Below are positions 40,156 through 49,385 of a stretch of 64,000 bases of DNA, piece by piece. This stretch comes from an uncultured Verrucomicrobiae bacterium. Lineage in GTDB: Bacteria > Chlamydiota > Chlamydiia > Chlamydiales > Rhabdochlamydiaceae. The position numbers were made by a program, and so were the translations under genes. The notes beneath the pieces were generated by a model. The model made no database searches and was not told where the DNA came from. It saw nothing but the letters and a program-made list of their open reading frames with translations. The stretch spans positions 640,001 through 704,000 of the forward strand of contig CAWDYW010000001.1 of assembly GCA_963806855.1 (NCBI GenBank), written 5' to 3'. The stretch's first letter is position 1. Each line of letters opens with the position of its first letter.

Positions 40156-40576
40156 ACATTCCACCTCCGCTTTCTTTTTCAGCAACAGTTGGGAGCGGTT
40201 TTCCATTTTCGACTGCATCTTTCCATAAATGCCCCTTTTCGATGAATTTTTCCAGCGTTTGGACAGTCAGATTTTTAGCCGAAACATATTCAAAAAGGGT
40301 CAATTTGTTGTTCCGCTCCGAAAAGGCCAAAGTTCCCATCCGCGGATATTCGTTATTGCTGATCAAAGCGGTCCGGAGCAATTGCTCCCGGTACTTGCCC
40401 GGAGGGACATCGCATAAAAATGAGGCGATCAAGATCTGCTCTTTTGGCTCATCATATTGGAGCTGAATATGGAGTTCATCTTGGTAGTTGATTTGACAAA
40501 TCCGATTGGCATCAGGATAGAGATCGACCCCGATTTCTCGACCTAAATCAAAGAGAACTTGTGCAAACAGATCCAC
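40139..40576 (-). CDS. scc1: CesT/SycE-like T3SS chaperone Scc1
   Basis: Acidic ~145 aa with VPPGKYRE motif; copN-scc1-malQ synteny. Confidence 0.85.
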   Translation of the reverse strand: MDLFAQVLFDLGREIGVDLYPDANRICQINYQDELHIQLQYDEPKEQILIASFLCDVPPGKYREQLLRTALISNNEYPRMGTLAFSERNNKLTLFEYVSAKNLTVQTLEKFIEKGHLWKDAVENGKPLPTVAEKESGGGMFGLKR

Positions 40577-41730
40577 TATTTTTCCTCTTCCTCTTCTTCT
40601 TCTTTCTCTTCCAATTGATCTTCGAGCTCTTCCATCGCTTCGATATAGGACATCAACACATCGTGCCGATGCTGATCGGTACGAAACAGCTTAGGAGCGA
40701 CCCCCCGCACTGCATCGCGCATTTGAGTCAAAATGATGATCTGCGCCATCACCTCTGACGAAAGGCCCATTTTTTGCATCAGCTGAAAAGTCTTATCCAT
40801 CGAAGGATACCGCTCGAGCAGAAATTGGACAAACATCCGTGCCAAAAGCTCAAATGAGAGCCTCGGAGGCAGCAGCATACCCGCCCGTTGGAAAGAGGCC
40901 TCGACCAGACCCATTCTTCCTTTGAAAAAGCGGTAGACCCCGAGAATCGCCAGCAAATTGCGCGCTTCTGTCATCAAATTGTGGAGCTCGCCTGGGGCAA
41001 TCGACGGCCCCTTCGACTTGAGATCGGCCCCCAGAGAGTGGAGAAAAAAATCGATCGCTTTCTGCATTTTGTCGAAAGTGAATTTCTCATTCATCTCTTG
41101 GAACAGAGTCGACGCGCTTCTAGGATTGCCGGTGATATCCCGATACAGATCGCGAAGGCCCGTCGGCGAGCCAAGTCCCTCTCTCGAGAATTCCCGCGCC
41201 TGCGCCCCAATGTTGCGCCCCGCCCGAACCTCTCTCCCATAAGTCTCGTTGAGATTGGTTTTCGCTTCCCGAATCTTGGCCAGCGCCTCGCCCTTGTAGA
41301 CCCTCTCCAAATACTCGAACGCCTCATCGGCCAGCGAGTGGTCCGGGAAGAGCTGCATCGTCTTGCGCAAGATCTCTTCCGCCGTATCTTTGCCCTTAAT
41401 TTGCCCAAGAAGCAGTTGAAGCGACCTAGCTTGCAGCTCCGGGTTCCGCTCTTCATACTCTTCCGAGATAGCCTGAACCTCTTCCACTTCGGGGACCATC
41501 TGCTCTTCTTCTGACTTTTCGACCGCTTTCTTCCGCATCTTATTCTCGAGCGACTCAAAGCGACGGGTCATCGTCACGGGATTGAAAGCGGCTTCATCGG
41601 CAAATTCGGTCATCGAAATCGAGCTGGCCTCCTGCGCAATCGCGATCTTGCGCGCGTCCGACTGCTCTTGCTTCTGAATCCGAGCGCTGTCGGTAGGCTC
41701 AATGGGGGATGTGCTGAAAGAGTCTGACAT
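40576..41730 (-). CDS. copN: T3SS gatekeeper CopN (SctW)
   Basis: DHSLADEA, RAGRNI, LRDLYRD and SLGADL motifs; acidic tail; synteny. Confidence 0.88.
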   Translation of the reverse strand: MSDSFSTSPIEPTDSARIQKQEQSDARKIAIAQEASSISMTEFADEAAFNPVTMTRRFESLENKMRKKAVEKSEEEQMVPEVEEVQAISEEYEERNPELQARSLQLLLGQIKGKDTAEEILRKTMQLFPDHSLADEAFEYLERVYKGEALAKIREAKTNLNETYGREVRAGRNIGAQAREFSREGLGSPTGLRDLYRDITGNPRSASTLFQEMNEKFTFDKMQKAIDFFLHSLGADLKSKGPSIAPGELHNLMTEARNLLAILGVYRFFKGRMGLVEASFQRAGMLLPPRLSFELLARMFVQFLLERYPSMDKTFQLMQKMGLSSEVMAQIIILTQMRDAVRGVAPKLFRTDQHRHDVLMSYIEAMEELEDQLEEKEEEEEEEK

Positions 41731-41764
41731 ATTCCCCCTGTTTTACTGAAGAGGGAGGTTTAGG

Positions 41765-42685
41765 TCAACCTGTATAGAGTGCAATACCACATGCAACCAA
41801 CGAGCACGCTAACAAATAAAATGTAATATTAAATGTAATATTAATTATCCTGAGTGGTGCATTTAGTACATGATTAATAGTGTCTACAGTACCTTCCTCG
41901 CGTAGTTTATCGAAAATATTTAAATAGGTAACATAGAGAGGTCTTACATCTTCAAAAGTTGCAGAAATAATTTGTTCAAATTCTCGGAGGGTTTGATCAA
42001 AATCTAAGCCAGCTTCAGGTTCAAGTTTGGCTAATTCAAATCTTATTAAGCTTCTGAGATTCTCTTCTAGTTGAAGTGGTATTTCTCCTCGGCGACCTAG
42101 GAGAGACAATACTGCATTTTCAATAACTGGGCTTGAAATTTGTTTTTTGTCTTGTTTTTTTGATAACTCTGTAACCAATTCTGCAAGAGCACCGACAGGA
42201 TTGAAATTAGGGTCGTGTCTATTGTCACCCATTGATTTCGCCACAGTTGCAAGAATCGATGCAAATATCTTGTTGAATTTAATATAGTAATTTCTGTGTT
42301 TGCTGTCCAAAATCTTATGCCAGGGCTTGCCAAGAAAAGCCTCTCTTGCTGGAGTTTCGGGCAATGCGAGTAATGTGTTAAGGAGCTCTTCTGGTGAGGT
42401 GGCAAGCGCTTTTGCAAGTGAAGCCTCGACATTTTTATCCAAAGCCTGATAGACAGTACGATTCTCCGGCTGGGGGGCTTGTATCATAGCCATCCTCTTG
42501 AGCAAATCCCTAGCAACTTCAGATATTCTAGCGATCGCACCTGGTAGATTATATCCTTTGACAAGTTGATTACATTTTTTATTCGCACATGCAAATGCTT
42601 TTAAACTTTTATCGTCTAGGTTGTCAAACATCAGATTATAGATGCCTTGTTGATTGGTGAAATTTTCTAGCATTAATCCGCTCAT
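41765..42685 (-). CDS. Hypothetical protein with N-terminal F-box-like motif and C-terminal TM
   Basis: GIYNLMFDNLDDKSLKAFACANKKCNQLV; C-terminal ITFNITFYLLACSLVACGIAL. Confidence 0.6.
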   Translation of the reverse strand: MSGLMLENFTNQQGIYNLMFDNLDDKSLKAFACANKKCNQLVKGYNLPGAIARISEVARDLLKRMAMIQAPQPENRTVYQALDKNVEASLAKALATSPEELLNTLLALPETPAREAFLGKPWHKILDSKHRNYYIKFNKIFASILATVAKSMGDNRHDPNFNPVGALAELVTELSKKQDKKQISSPVIENAVLSLLGRRGEIPLQLEENLRSLIRFELAKLEPEAGLDFDQTLREFEQIISATFEDVRPLYVTYLNIFDKLREEGTVDTINHVLNAPLRIINITFNITFYLLACSLVACGIALYTG

Positions 42686-42734
42686 AATATCCTCATTTTA
42701 GTTATTTTATTAAAAAATCAATGTTTATATTAAA

Positions 42735-42763
42735 ATTTTATATTATTCATATATTAATGTCAA
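42735..42763 (-). promoter_or_regulatory. Sigma70/sigma66-type promoter
   Basis: Minus strand TTGACA-N17-TAAAAT. Confidence 0.7.
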
Positions 42764-42799
42764 CAATTTCTTATATCCTTTAAAATAAGCGGTTTGCAG

Positions 42800-42858
42800 A
42801 AACCGTGCAATGGCAGCGCACGGTTTGTTGCAAAACCATGCATTGACAACGCATGGCT
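42800..42858. promoter_or_regulatory. Tandem palindromic boxes, copy 1
   Basis: AAACCGTGCAATGGCAGCGCACGGTTT plus a variant 33 bp downstream; first box identical at 46136. Confidence 0.7.
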
Positions 42859-42922
42859 CCGCTTTTTCCATCAAAAAATTCTCTATTCTCCTTTTGAGAA
42901 GATTCAGTTATACTTTGTACTT

Positions 42923-44605
42923 ATGGCAAAGAAACCCCTACCGATTGGAATTAGCGACTTTAAAGAATTGATCAGCGGTGGTTATGCCTACGTAGATAAA
43001 ACTCTTTTGATTGAAGAAATCCTAGAAAAAGGAACTAAGGTTGCACTCATCCCTCGCTTGCGCCGTTTTGGCAAAACTTTAAATCTTTCTATGTTGCGCT
43101 ATTTCTTTGAAAAGGGGGAGGAAGACACTCGCTCTCTATTCACTGGGCTGAAAATTTGGCAAAACGAGAAATATAGAGCAATGCAAGGGCAGTTTCCGGT
43201 CATTTTTATCTCCCTTAAAGATGTCAAATACTTTTCCTGGCAAGAAACTTTTGAGGCAATGCAAGAGATTATCGCAAAAGAATTCCAGCGTCACAGATAT
43301 CTCATGGAGGGAGACACGCTTGTTCCTGAAGAGAAAGAAGACTATCTCCGGATTGTCCGAAAAGAAAGTAGCCAAGCTTTGATCGCGACAAGCCTTCTGC
43401 GACTAACGGAATGGATGCATCGTTACCACAAAAAGTTGGTTGTCGTCTTAATCGATGAGTATGACACACCCGCTCATGCCGCCTATGTTGGAAAATACTA
43501 TGACACCCTGATCACCTTTTTGCGGAATTGGCTATCGGCAGGACTAAAGGACAATGTTTTTTTAGAGCGTGGGGTCCTGACTGGAATTCTAAGGATTGCT
43601 AAGGAGAGCATTTTTTCAGGAGCTAACAATATCAGTACGTTTACGATTTTGGATGAAGAATTTCAGGATAAATTTGGACTGTTGGAATCTGAAGTAAAAG
43701 ATCTTTTAGAAAGTTATGCGCTCTCTGATAAGCTATCTGCATTAGGTCAGTGGTATGATGGTTACCGTATTGGATCATGCACTAAAATTTACAACCCGTG
43801 GTCCGTTTTAAATTGCATCTCTAAAAAAGGGTCCCTGGCCCCTTATTGGGTCAATACAAGCGACAACGCCCTGATGAAACAACTGATTACGAAAGGGACA
43901 GATGATCTAAAAGCAGATATCGAGGAACTTCTCAAAGGGGGCATTATTGAGAAAAAAATCGAAGAGGGGATTGTCTTTACTGACTTGGGCAAAAATGCAA
44001 ATACTCTATGGTCCTTACTCCTTTTTAGCGGTTATTTAACACTGGCCGCGACTCCCGCTTACGGAGTTCCTTGCAAATTGCGCATCCCCAATATTGAAGT
44101 GGGGGAGCTCTATAAATCACTCGTTTTGGAATGGTTTGAAAAAAGCATCCATGAGGCAAAATATCATCTGCTCCTAAATAGCTTAATAACTGGTGATATC
44201 GATACATTTTCCCAAATTTTCCAAGAATTTTTAATCTCTTCTGTCAGCGTCTTTGATGTTCCAGCAGATGAATCAGAGAAAATCTATCACGCCTTTGTTT
44301 TAGGAATGTTGGTCGGCCTTAAAGAAAGATACGAAGTTAAATCTAATCGCGAAAGCGGATTAGGACGATACGATGTCACACTGATCCCCAAAAATTCAAG
44401 TGATCTAGGCATCATTATGGAATTCAAAAAAATCAGCCCATTTAAAAAGACCGATTTAGAAACAACCGTCAATTCAGCTCTTGAACAGATTGAAGAAAAG
44501 CAGTATGCTCAGGAATTACTAGATCGAGGTGTGCAGCGTATTTTGTATCTCGGGTTTGCCTTCGAAGGCAGACAGGTCCTCATCCGTCACAAATTTAGAA
44601 CTTAA
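42923..44605 (+). CDS. AAA-ATPase-like protein with C-terminal PD-(D/E)XK nuclease domain
   Basis: LPIGISDF, YVDKT, RRFGKTLNLSML, LIDEYD, YNPWS, SNRESGLGRYD and MEFK motifs. Confidence 0.9.
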   Translation: MAKKPLPIGISDFKELISGGYAYVDKTLLIEEILEKGTKVALIPRLRRFGKTLNLSMLRYFFEKGEEDTRSLFTGLKIWQNEKYRAMQGQFPVIFISLKDVKYFSWQETFEAMQEIIAKEFQRHRYLMEGDTLVPEEKEDYLRIVRKESSQALIATSLLRLTEWMHRYHKKLVVVLIDEYDTPAHAAYVGKYYDTLITFLRNWLSAGLKDNVFLERGVLTGILRIAKESIFSGANNISTFTILDEEFQDKFGLLESEVKDLLESYALSDKLSALGQWYDGYRIGSCTKIYNPWSVLNCISKKGSLAPYWVNTSDNALMKQLITKGTDDLKADIEELLKGGIIEKKIEEGIVFTDLGKNANTLWSLLLFSGYLTLAATPAYGVPCKLRIPNIEVGELYKSLVLEWFEKSIHEAKYHLLLNSLITGDIDTFSQIFQEFLISSVSVFDVPADESEKIYHAFVLGMLVGLKERYEVKSNRESGLGRYDVTLIPKNSSDLGIIMEFKKISPFKKTDLETTVNSALEQIEEKQYAQELLDRGVQRILYLGFAFEGRQVLIRHKFRT

Positions 44606-44609
44606 AGCT

Positions 44610-44864
44610 ATGCCAAGAAAACATCAGAAAAAACAAGAAACCGTCAGGTTAACAATCGATTTCCCTGTTGAGCAACATACTTATATCAAAATGTTGGCAG
44701 CCAAAGAAGGAGTGACCCTTAGAGAATTTGTGATTGAACATCTGCCAAGTTTGGATAAGGGAAAGAAAAAGCACAAGAATGCAAGCGATGATGAATTTAA
44801 TGAACTGCTTAAAGAATTTCTTGTGGAAAAAGCTCCTACGCTCAAAAGGCTCTCTAAGAAATGA
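44610..44864 (+). CDS. Putative ribbon-helix-helix antitoxin
   Basis: VRLTIDFPVEQHTYIKMLAAKEGVTLREFV; C-terminal LKRLSKK; overlaps the doc start. Confidence 0.7.
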   Translation: MPRKHQKKQETVRLTIDFPVEQHTYIKMLAAKEGVTLREFVIEHLPSLDKGKKKHKNASDDEFNELLKEFLVEKAPTLKRLSKK

Positions 44865-45292
44865 TCTGTTTTTTAACCTTAGAGCAAATTCTACGTCTTC
44901 ATGATGCAGCTGTTGATAAATTTGGTGGTCTAACAGGAATTAGAGACCAAAATCTATTATTGTCATGTATAGAAAGTCCAAAACAATGTCTCTTTGGCGA
45001 AGATTTATGCCCAACTGTGTATGACAAGGCTGCGGCATACTTTTTTAATATAGTCCGCAACCATCCTTTTAATGATAGCAATAAAAGAACAGGGCTTGGC
45101 TCTGCCTATTTATTTTTACGGATCAATAAAGTTCCTATCGCATTTGAGTCTCGCTTTGAAGATGAAACTATAGACGACTTTGTAGTTAAAGTAGCTCAGA
45201 GCAAAAAGGCAACCAAAGAAGAAGTCGCCTATTTTCTCGAATTCGGTAAGGAAATTAAGTCAATTGAATGCGACCCAAAGGTTGGATCTTGA
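44861..45292 (+). CDS. Death-on-curing (Doc) family toxin
   Basis: FLTLEQILRLH, GIRDQNLL, KAAAY and NHPFNDSNKRTG motifs. Confidence 0.88.
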   Translation: MICFLTLEQILRLHDAAVDKFGGLTGIRDQNLLLSCIESPKQCLFGEDLCPTVYDKAAAYFFNIVRNHPFNDSNKRTGLGSAYLFLRINKVPIAFESRFEDETIDDFVVKVAQSKKATKEEVAYFLEFGKEIKSIECDPKVGS

Positions 45293-45887
45293 TCTCGGGG
45301 ACCACTTCCTGGTAGGAGACCACCGCCATGTCAGGGAATTCGCCTTCGATGAGCTTCCGCATGAATCGGCGCACGTCGATGGCTGTCAGGAGGACGGGAG
45401 GCTGCCCGCCGGTTGGGGTGGGGGTGATCACTTGCCGCATGGCGTTCAAAATCAGCTGCACACTGTCAGGGTCAAGCGCCAAATAGGAGCCGGCCGAGGT
45501 CTGTTTAATGGCGCCGCGGACCATATCTTCGATTTCGGGATCGCAGAGATAGACGGAGAGGATTGACTGTCCTTGGGAGTATTTGTAGCTGATGTAACGT
45601 TTCAATGAAGAGCGGACGTATTCAGTCAAAAGGACTGTATCCTTCTCACTTTGGGCCCATTCGCTCAGAGATTCCAAAATTGTTCTTAAATCCTTAATCG
45701 AGATTTGCTCTTGCACTAGGCGTCTAAATATTTCCGTTAACTTCTGCAAGGGGACGAGGCGGGTCACTTCTTTGACGAGGTCGGGGAACGATTTCTCGAG
45801 GAACTCAAGGATGCCGCGCACCTCTTGGATCCCGATGAAATCGGCAGCATGCTGTCTATAAAAATAGGACAAATGAAGGATCATCAC
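45255..45887 (-). CDS. Second, 5'-truncated copy of the SctV C-terminal region (210 aa)
   Basis: 45255-45893 is colinear with 47248-47886; 9 aa differences and many synonymous changes. Confidence 0.85.
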   Translation of the reverse strand: MMILHLSYFYRQHAADFIGIQEVRGILEFLEKSFPDLVKEVTRLVPLQKLTEIFRRLVQEQISIKDLRTILESLSEWAQSEKDTVLLTEYVRSSLKRYISYKYSQGQSILSVYLCDPEIEDMVRGAIKQTSAGSYLALDPDSVQLILNAMRQVITPTPTGGQPPVLLTAIDVRRFMRKLIEGEFPDMAVVSYQEVVPEIKIQPLGRIQLT

Positions 45888-46027
45888 GTCGAGTCGGCAA
45901 ATTCGGTCATCGAAATCGAGCTGGTCTCCTGGGAAATGGCCATCTTGCGCGCATCAGCCTGCTCCTGCTTCTGAATCCGAGCGCTGTCGGTAGGCTCAAT
46001 GGGGGATGTGCTGAAAGAGTCTGACAT
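45884..46027 (-). pseudogene. Truncated second copy of the copN 5' end (47-aa ORF)
   Basis: 45894-46075 matches 41597-41778 with about 10 substitutions. Confidence 0.85.
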
Positions 46028-46074
46028 ATTCCCCCTGTTTTACTGCAGAGGGAGGTTTAGGTCAACCTGTATAG

Positions 46075-46114
46075 AACGCAAAAGCATAAAGACGCAAAGA
46101 CGCAAAAGAAATAA
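46075..46114. repeat. Single arm of the CGCAAAGA repeat
   Basis: AACGCAAAAGCATAAAGACGCAAAGACGCAAAAG resembles 3569-3599. Confidence 0.55.
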
Positions 46115-46135
46115 CTGAAAATAAGAGGGTTAAGT

Positions 46136-46193
46136 AAACCGTGCAATGGCAGCGCACGGTTTTGGACTAAAGTATGCATTGATAGTGCACGGT
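46136..46193. promoter_or_regulatory. Tandem palindromic boxes, copy 2
   Basis: 27-bp box identical to 42800-42826; second box 33 bp downstream. Confidence 0.7.
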
Positions 46194-46251
46194 GTATTCA
46201 AAAATAAATTTTTTCCTTGATTTTTTGAGTGTAATCTGCTAATATTTATCT

Positions 46252-46884
46252 ATGACTTTATCTAAAATATATAATGCTTATTCTATCTCCCATTCGTTTA
46301 TTGTGCAGAAAATTGCCAATCCAATCGATCGCGTTTTTTCCCATGACGCACAACGGGCCCTCATCCACAGCGCAATCGCATTGACCCTGCTTGCTGCGAT
46401 GTATGAATATTTACCAATTGAATTCTATCTGATATCAGCTATTATGCCGGTTCAAGGGTTAGCGCTCGGCGTAGTCACTAAGGTAATTTCTCACCTAGTT
46501 AATTATGACACAAATAGGAAGGATTTTAATGATATTGTTGAGAGCACTTCCCCCTTTATCCTTTCTGTTGCGGCCCCCTTATGTGAGGAATTTGAATTTC
46601 GGGTAATTCTTCAAGGATGTTTAAATAGATTATTTCCTCCTATCGCTTCGATCTTCGTTGCAAGTAGTGTATTTGGATCTATCCATTATTACAGTAGCTC
46701 TAAAGGTAACCTACCTCACGCTATAGCAAGTGGCTGGCAAGGTATCGTATTTGGTACGCTTTACTCTAATTGGGGATTTGCCGCCGCATTCTTCGCACAT
46801 AGCCTTAACAATTGTGTAATGGACGGAATGATTCAACTTGCGAAAAAGACTAGCCGTGTTGTTGCTGAACCGACTCATGGATAA
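46252..46884 (+). CDS. CPBP (Abi/CAAX) family intramembrane protease
   Basis: APLCEEFEFR, FGSIHY and HSLNN motifs. Confidence 0.85.
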   Translation: MTLSKIYNAYSISHSFIVQKIANPIDRVFSHDAQRALIHSAIALTLLAAMYEYLPIEFYLISAIMPVQGLALGVVTKVISHLVNYDTNRKDFNDIVESTSPFILSVAAPLCEEFEFRVILQGCLNRLFPPIASIFVASSVFGSIHYYSSSKGNLPHAIASGWQGIVFGTLYSNWGFAAAFFAHSLNNCVMDGMIQLAKKTSRVVAEPTHG

Positions 46885-46910
46885 CGGTATACTGATGAGT
46901 AGAGGACAAC

Positions 46911-46958
46911 TTACTGTTCTTCTCTCGAAACCATTTCTTGAATTGTGATAAAATTCAT
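46911..46958 (-). pseudogene. Possible remnant of a doc toxin 5' end
   Basis: MNFITIQEM..* starts in ATGA overlap with the antitoxin stop and ends after 15 codons. Confidence 0.4.
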
Positions 46959-47188
46959 CGTTTTGACAACCTTTTCAACAATGCACCATTTTCTTTTATG
47001 ATCTGTCTAAAAGCTTCCTTGTGTAGGTTTTCATTTACAGACTTTACAGACTGAATCAGTATTCCTCCATTTGGATCGATGGTGATTTGGAATAAAGCCG
47101 TATCTTCATCTAGACCGGCTGCTTGCAAAAGAGCCTTGTCGATAATTAAAGCGCGACTATTTCCATGATGAATAAGCGATTTGATCAA
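46955..47188 (-). CDS. AbrB/MazE-like antitoxin
   Basis: HGNSRALIIDKALL motif; C-terminal LLKRLSK. Confidence 0.8.
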   Translation of the reverse strand: MIKSLIHHGNSRALIIDKALLQAAGLDEDTALFQITIDPNGGILIQSVKSVNENLHKEAFRQIIKENGALLKRLSKR

Positions 47189-47247
47189 AATATTACCTCC
47201 TTAAGTGGTATATATTTAGTGTCGGTACATTGTATATCCAATTGATT

Positions 47248-49385
47248 TTAAGTCAGCTGAATGCGGCCCAAGGGTTGGATCCGGATTTCGGGGACGATTT
47301 CCTGGTAGGAGACAACCGCCATGTCGGGGAATTCGCCTTCGATGAGCTTGCGGACAAAGCGGCGCACGTCGATGGCTGTCAGCAGGACAGGAGGTTGCCC
47401 GCCGACAGGGGTGGGGGTGATCACTTGGCGCATCGCGTGCAGGATCAGCTGCACGGAGTCGGGATCGAGCGCGAGATAGGAGCCGGCCGAGGTCTGTTTG
47501 ATGGCGCCGCGGACCATATCTTCGATTTCGGGATCGAGCAGATAGACGGAGAGGATCGATTGTCCTTGGGAGTATTTGTAGCTGATGTAGCGTTTCAGTG
47601 AAGAGCGGACATATTCGGTCAAAAGGACGGTATCTTTTTCAGTTTGGGCCCATTCGCTCAGGGATTCCAAAATGGTTCTTAAATCTTTAATCGAGATTTG
47701 CTCTTGCACTAGGCGTTTAAAAATTTCCGTCAGTTTTTGCAAAGGGACAAGGCGGGTCACTTCTTTGACGAGGTCGGGGTACGATTTTTCGAGGAACTCA
47801 AGGATGCCGCGCACTTCTTGGATGCCGATGAAATCGGCGGCATGCTGTCGATAAAAATATGAAAGGTGGAGGATCATCACGTCGAGGGGGCTCCAGAATT
47901 TAATGCCTGCTTTCTTCATCACATCTTGGTACTTGTTGGTCGACCCAGATAGGAGGGTTGGCCGAGCGAGTTTTTCGAGGTGGTGTAGGGGATGTTATAG
48001 CGGTTCAGCGTTTCGGGATCTTCGTTCGTTAATAAGGCGCCTTCTTCGATTTTGCCGCGGACGATCGGCACTTCGTTGAGGAAGATGAGATATTCATCGG
48101 CGCCGAGGATGGGCGAATCGGTGCGGACGTGTACTCCCGGGAAGCGGACGCCGAGGTCTTGGTAGAGGGCATGGCGCATTTTGGGGATCATCTCTTCGAT
48201 GAAGGTCATTCCCCCTTTTTCACGCCGGATCTCTCCGGAGAGGTAGCTGCCCACTTCTAGGATGACGGGGAGTGTGAGGGCATAGTCGTCGGCGCCGCCG
48301 CGGACGACTCGGTGGCCGGCGACGTCGGTCTCGACGGCTCCGCCTGATGAGATGCGGGCCTCGCGGCTTTCGCCCTTTTTTAGTCTTGTACTAGGTGTAA
48401 AAGCCGACGGAGATGATGCCGACACCTAAGAAGAGGAAGATGAGGGTGGGGAAGCCTTTGAAGAAGGCCATCGCCAAGATGACGACGCCGGCGATGATGA
48501 CCGCTTTTGGCTGGCCGAGGAGCTGGGAGGAGATTTCGTTAGCCGAGGTTCGCATCTTTCTTGTCGCTCGAGACGCGGGTCGTGACGATACCGGCAGTCA
48601 GGGCGATGAGGAGTGAGGGGATTTGGGAGACGAGGCCGGCGCCGATCGAGAGGAGGGTATAGGTTTGGGCCGCCTGCATCGCGGTCATGCCATGCATGGA
48701 CATCCCGATGATCAGACCGCCGATGATGTTGATCACCGCAATGACGATACCGGCGATCACGTCCCCTTTGACGAATTTCATCGCGCCGTCCATCGCTCCA
48801 TACAGCTGGCTCTCTTTTTGGTAGGGCGAGGCGGAGTTCGCGGGCTTGGTTGGCGTCGATCACACCGCTGCGCATATCGGCGTCGATAGACATTTGCTTA
48901 CCGGGCATCGCGTCCAAGGTGAAGCGGGCGGCCACCTCGGCGACACGCTCGGCACCCTTGGTCACCACGATGAACTGGACGATGGTGATGATCAAGAAGA
49001 CGATACCGCCGACGACGAAGTTACCGCCGACGACGAACTGTCCGAAGGCGTAGATGATGTGCCCCGCGTTGGCGTAGAGGAGGATCTGTTTCGTCGCTGA
49101 AATTTCGATACCGAAACGGAAGAGGGTTGTGATGAGCAGCAGCGAGGGGAAGATCGACAGATTGACCGCTTTGGGGATGTAGAGGGCGACCATCAAGAGG
49201 GAGATCGAAATGGTCAGGTTGATCGCGATGAAATTATCGAGGACCCCCGGGGAGATCGGGACGATAATGATCATGATCAAGAGGATGATAAAAGCTGCGA
49301 GAAAGAGATCGGTCGAACGGCCAATGGCTCTGAGGGTCCTTTCGCCGCCTAAAATACGTCCGAGATTTTCAAAAAATTTATTCAT
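47248..49385 (-). CDS. sctV: T3SS export gate SctV/CdsV (frameshifts)
   Basis: KGAERVAEVAARFTLDAMPGKQMSIDAD, MDGAMKFVKGD and QPLGRI motifs. Confidence 0.95.

Noticed and set aside
38596..41730. malQ adjacent to T3SS genes, and the fused glyQS, as novelties
   Set aside because: Both are known conserved chlamydial traits.
42800..46162. Palindromes as integron attC sites
   Set aside because: No RYYYAAC/GTTRRRY box arrangement, they lie upstream of genes rather than downstream, and there is no integrase in the window.
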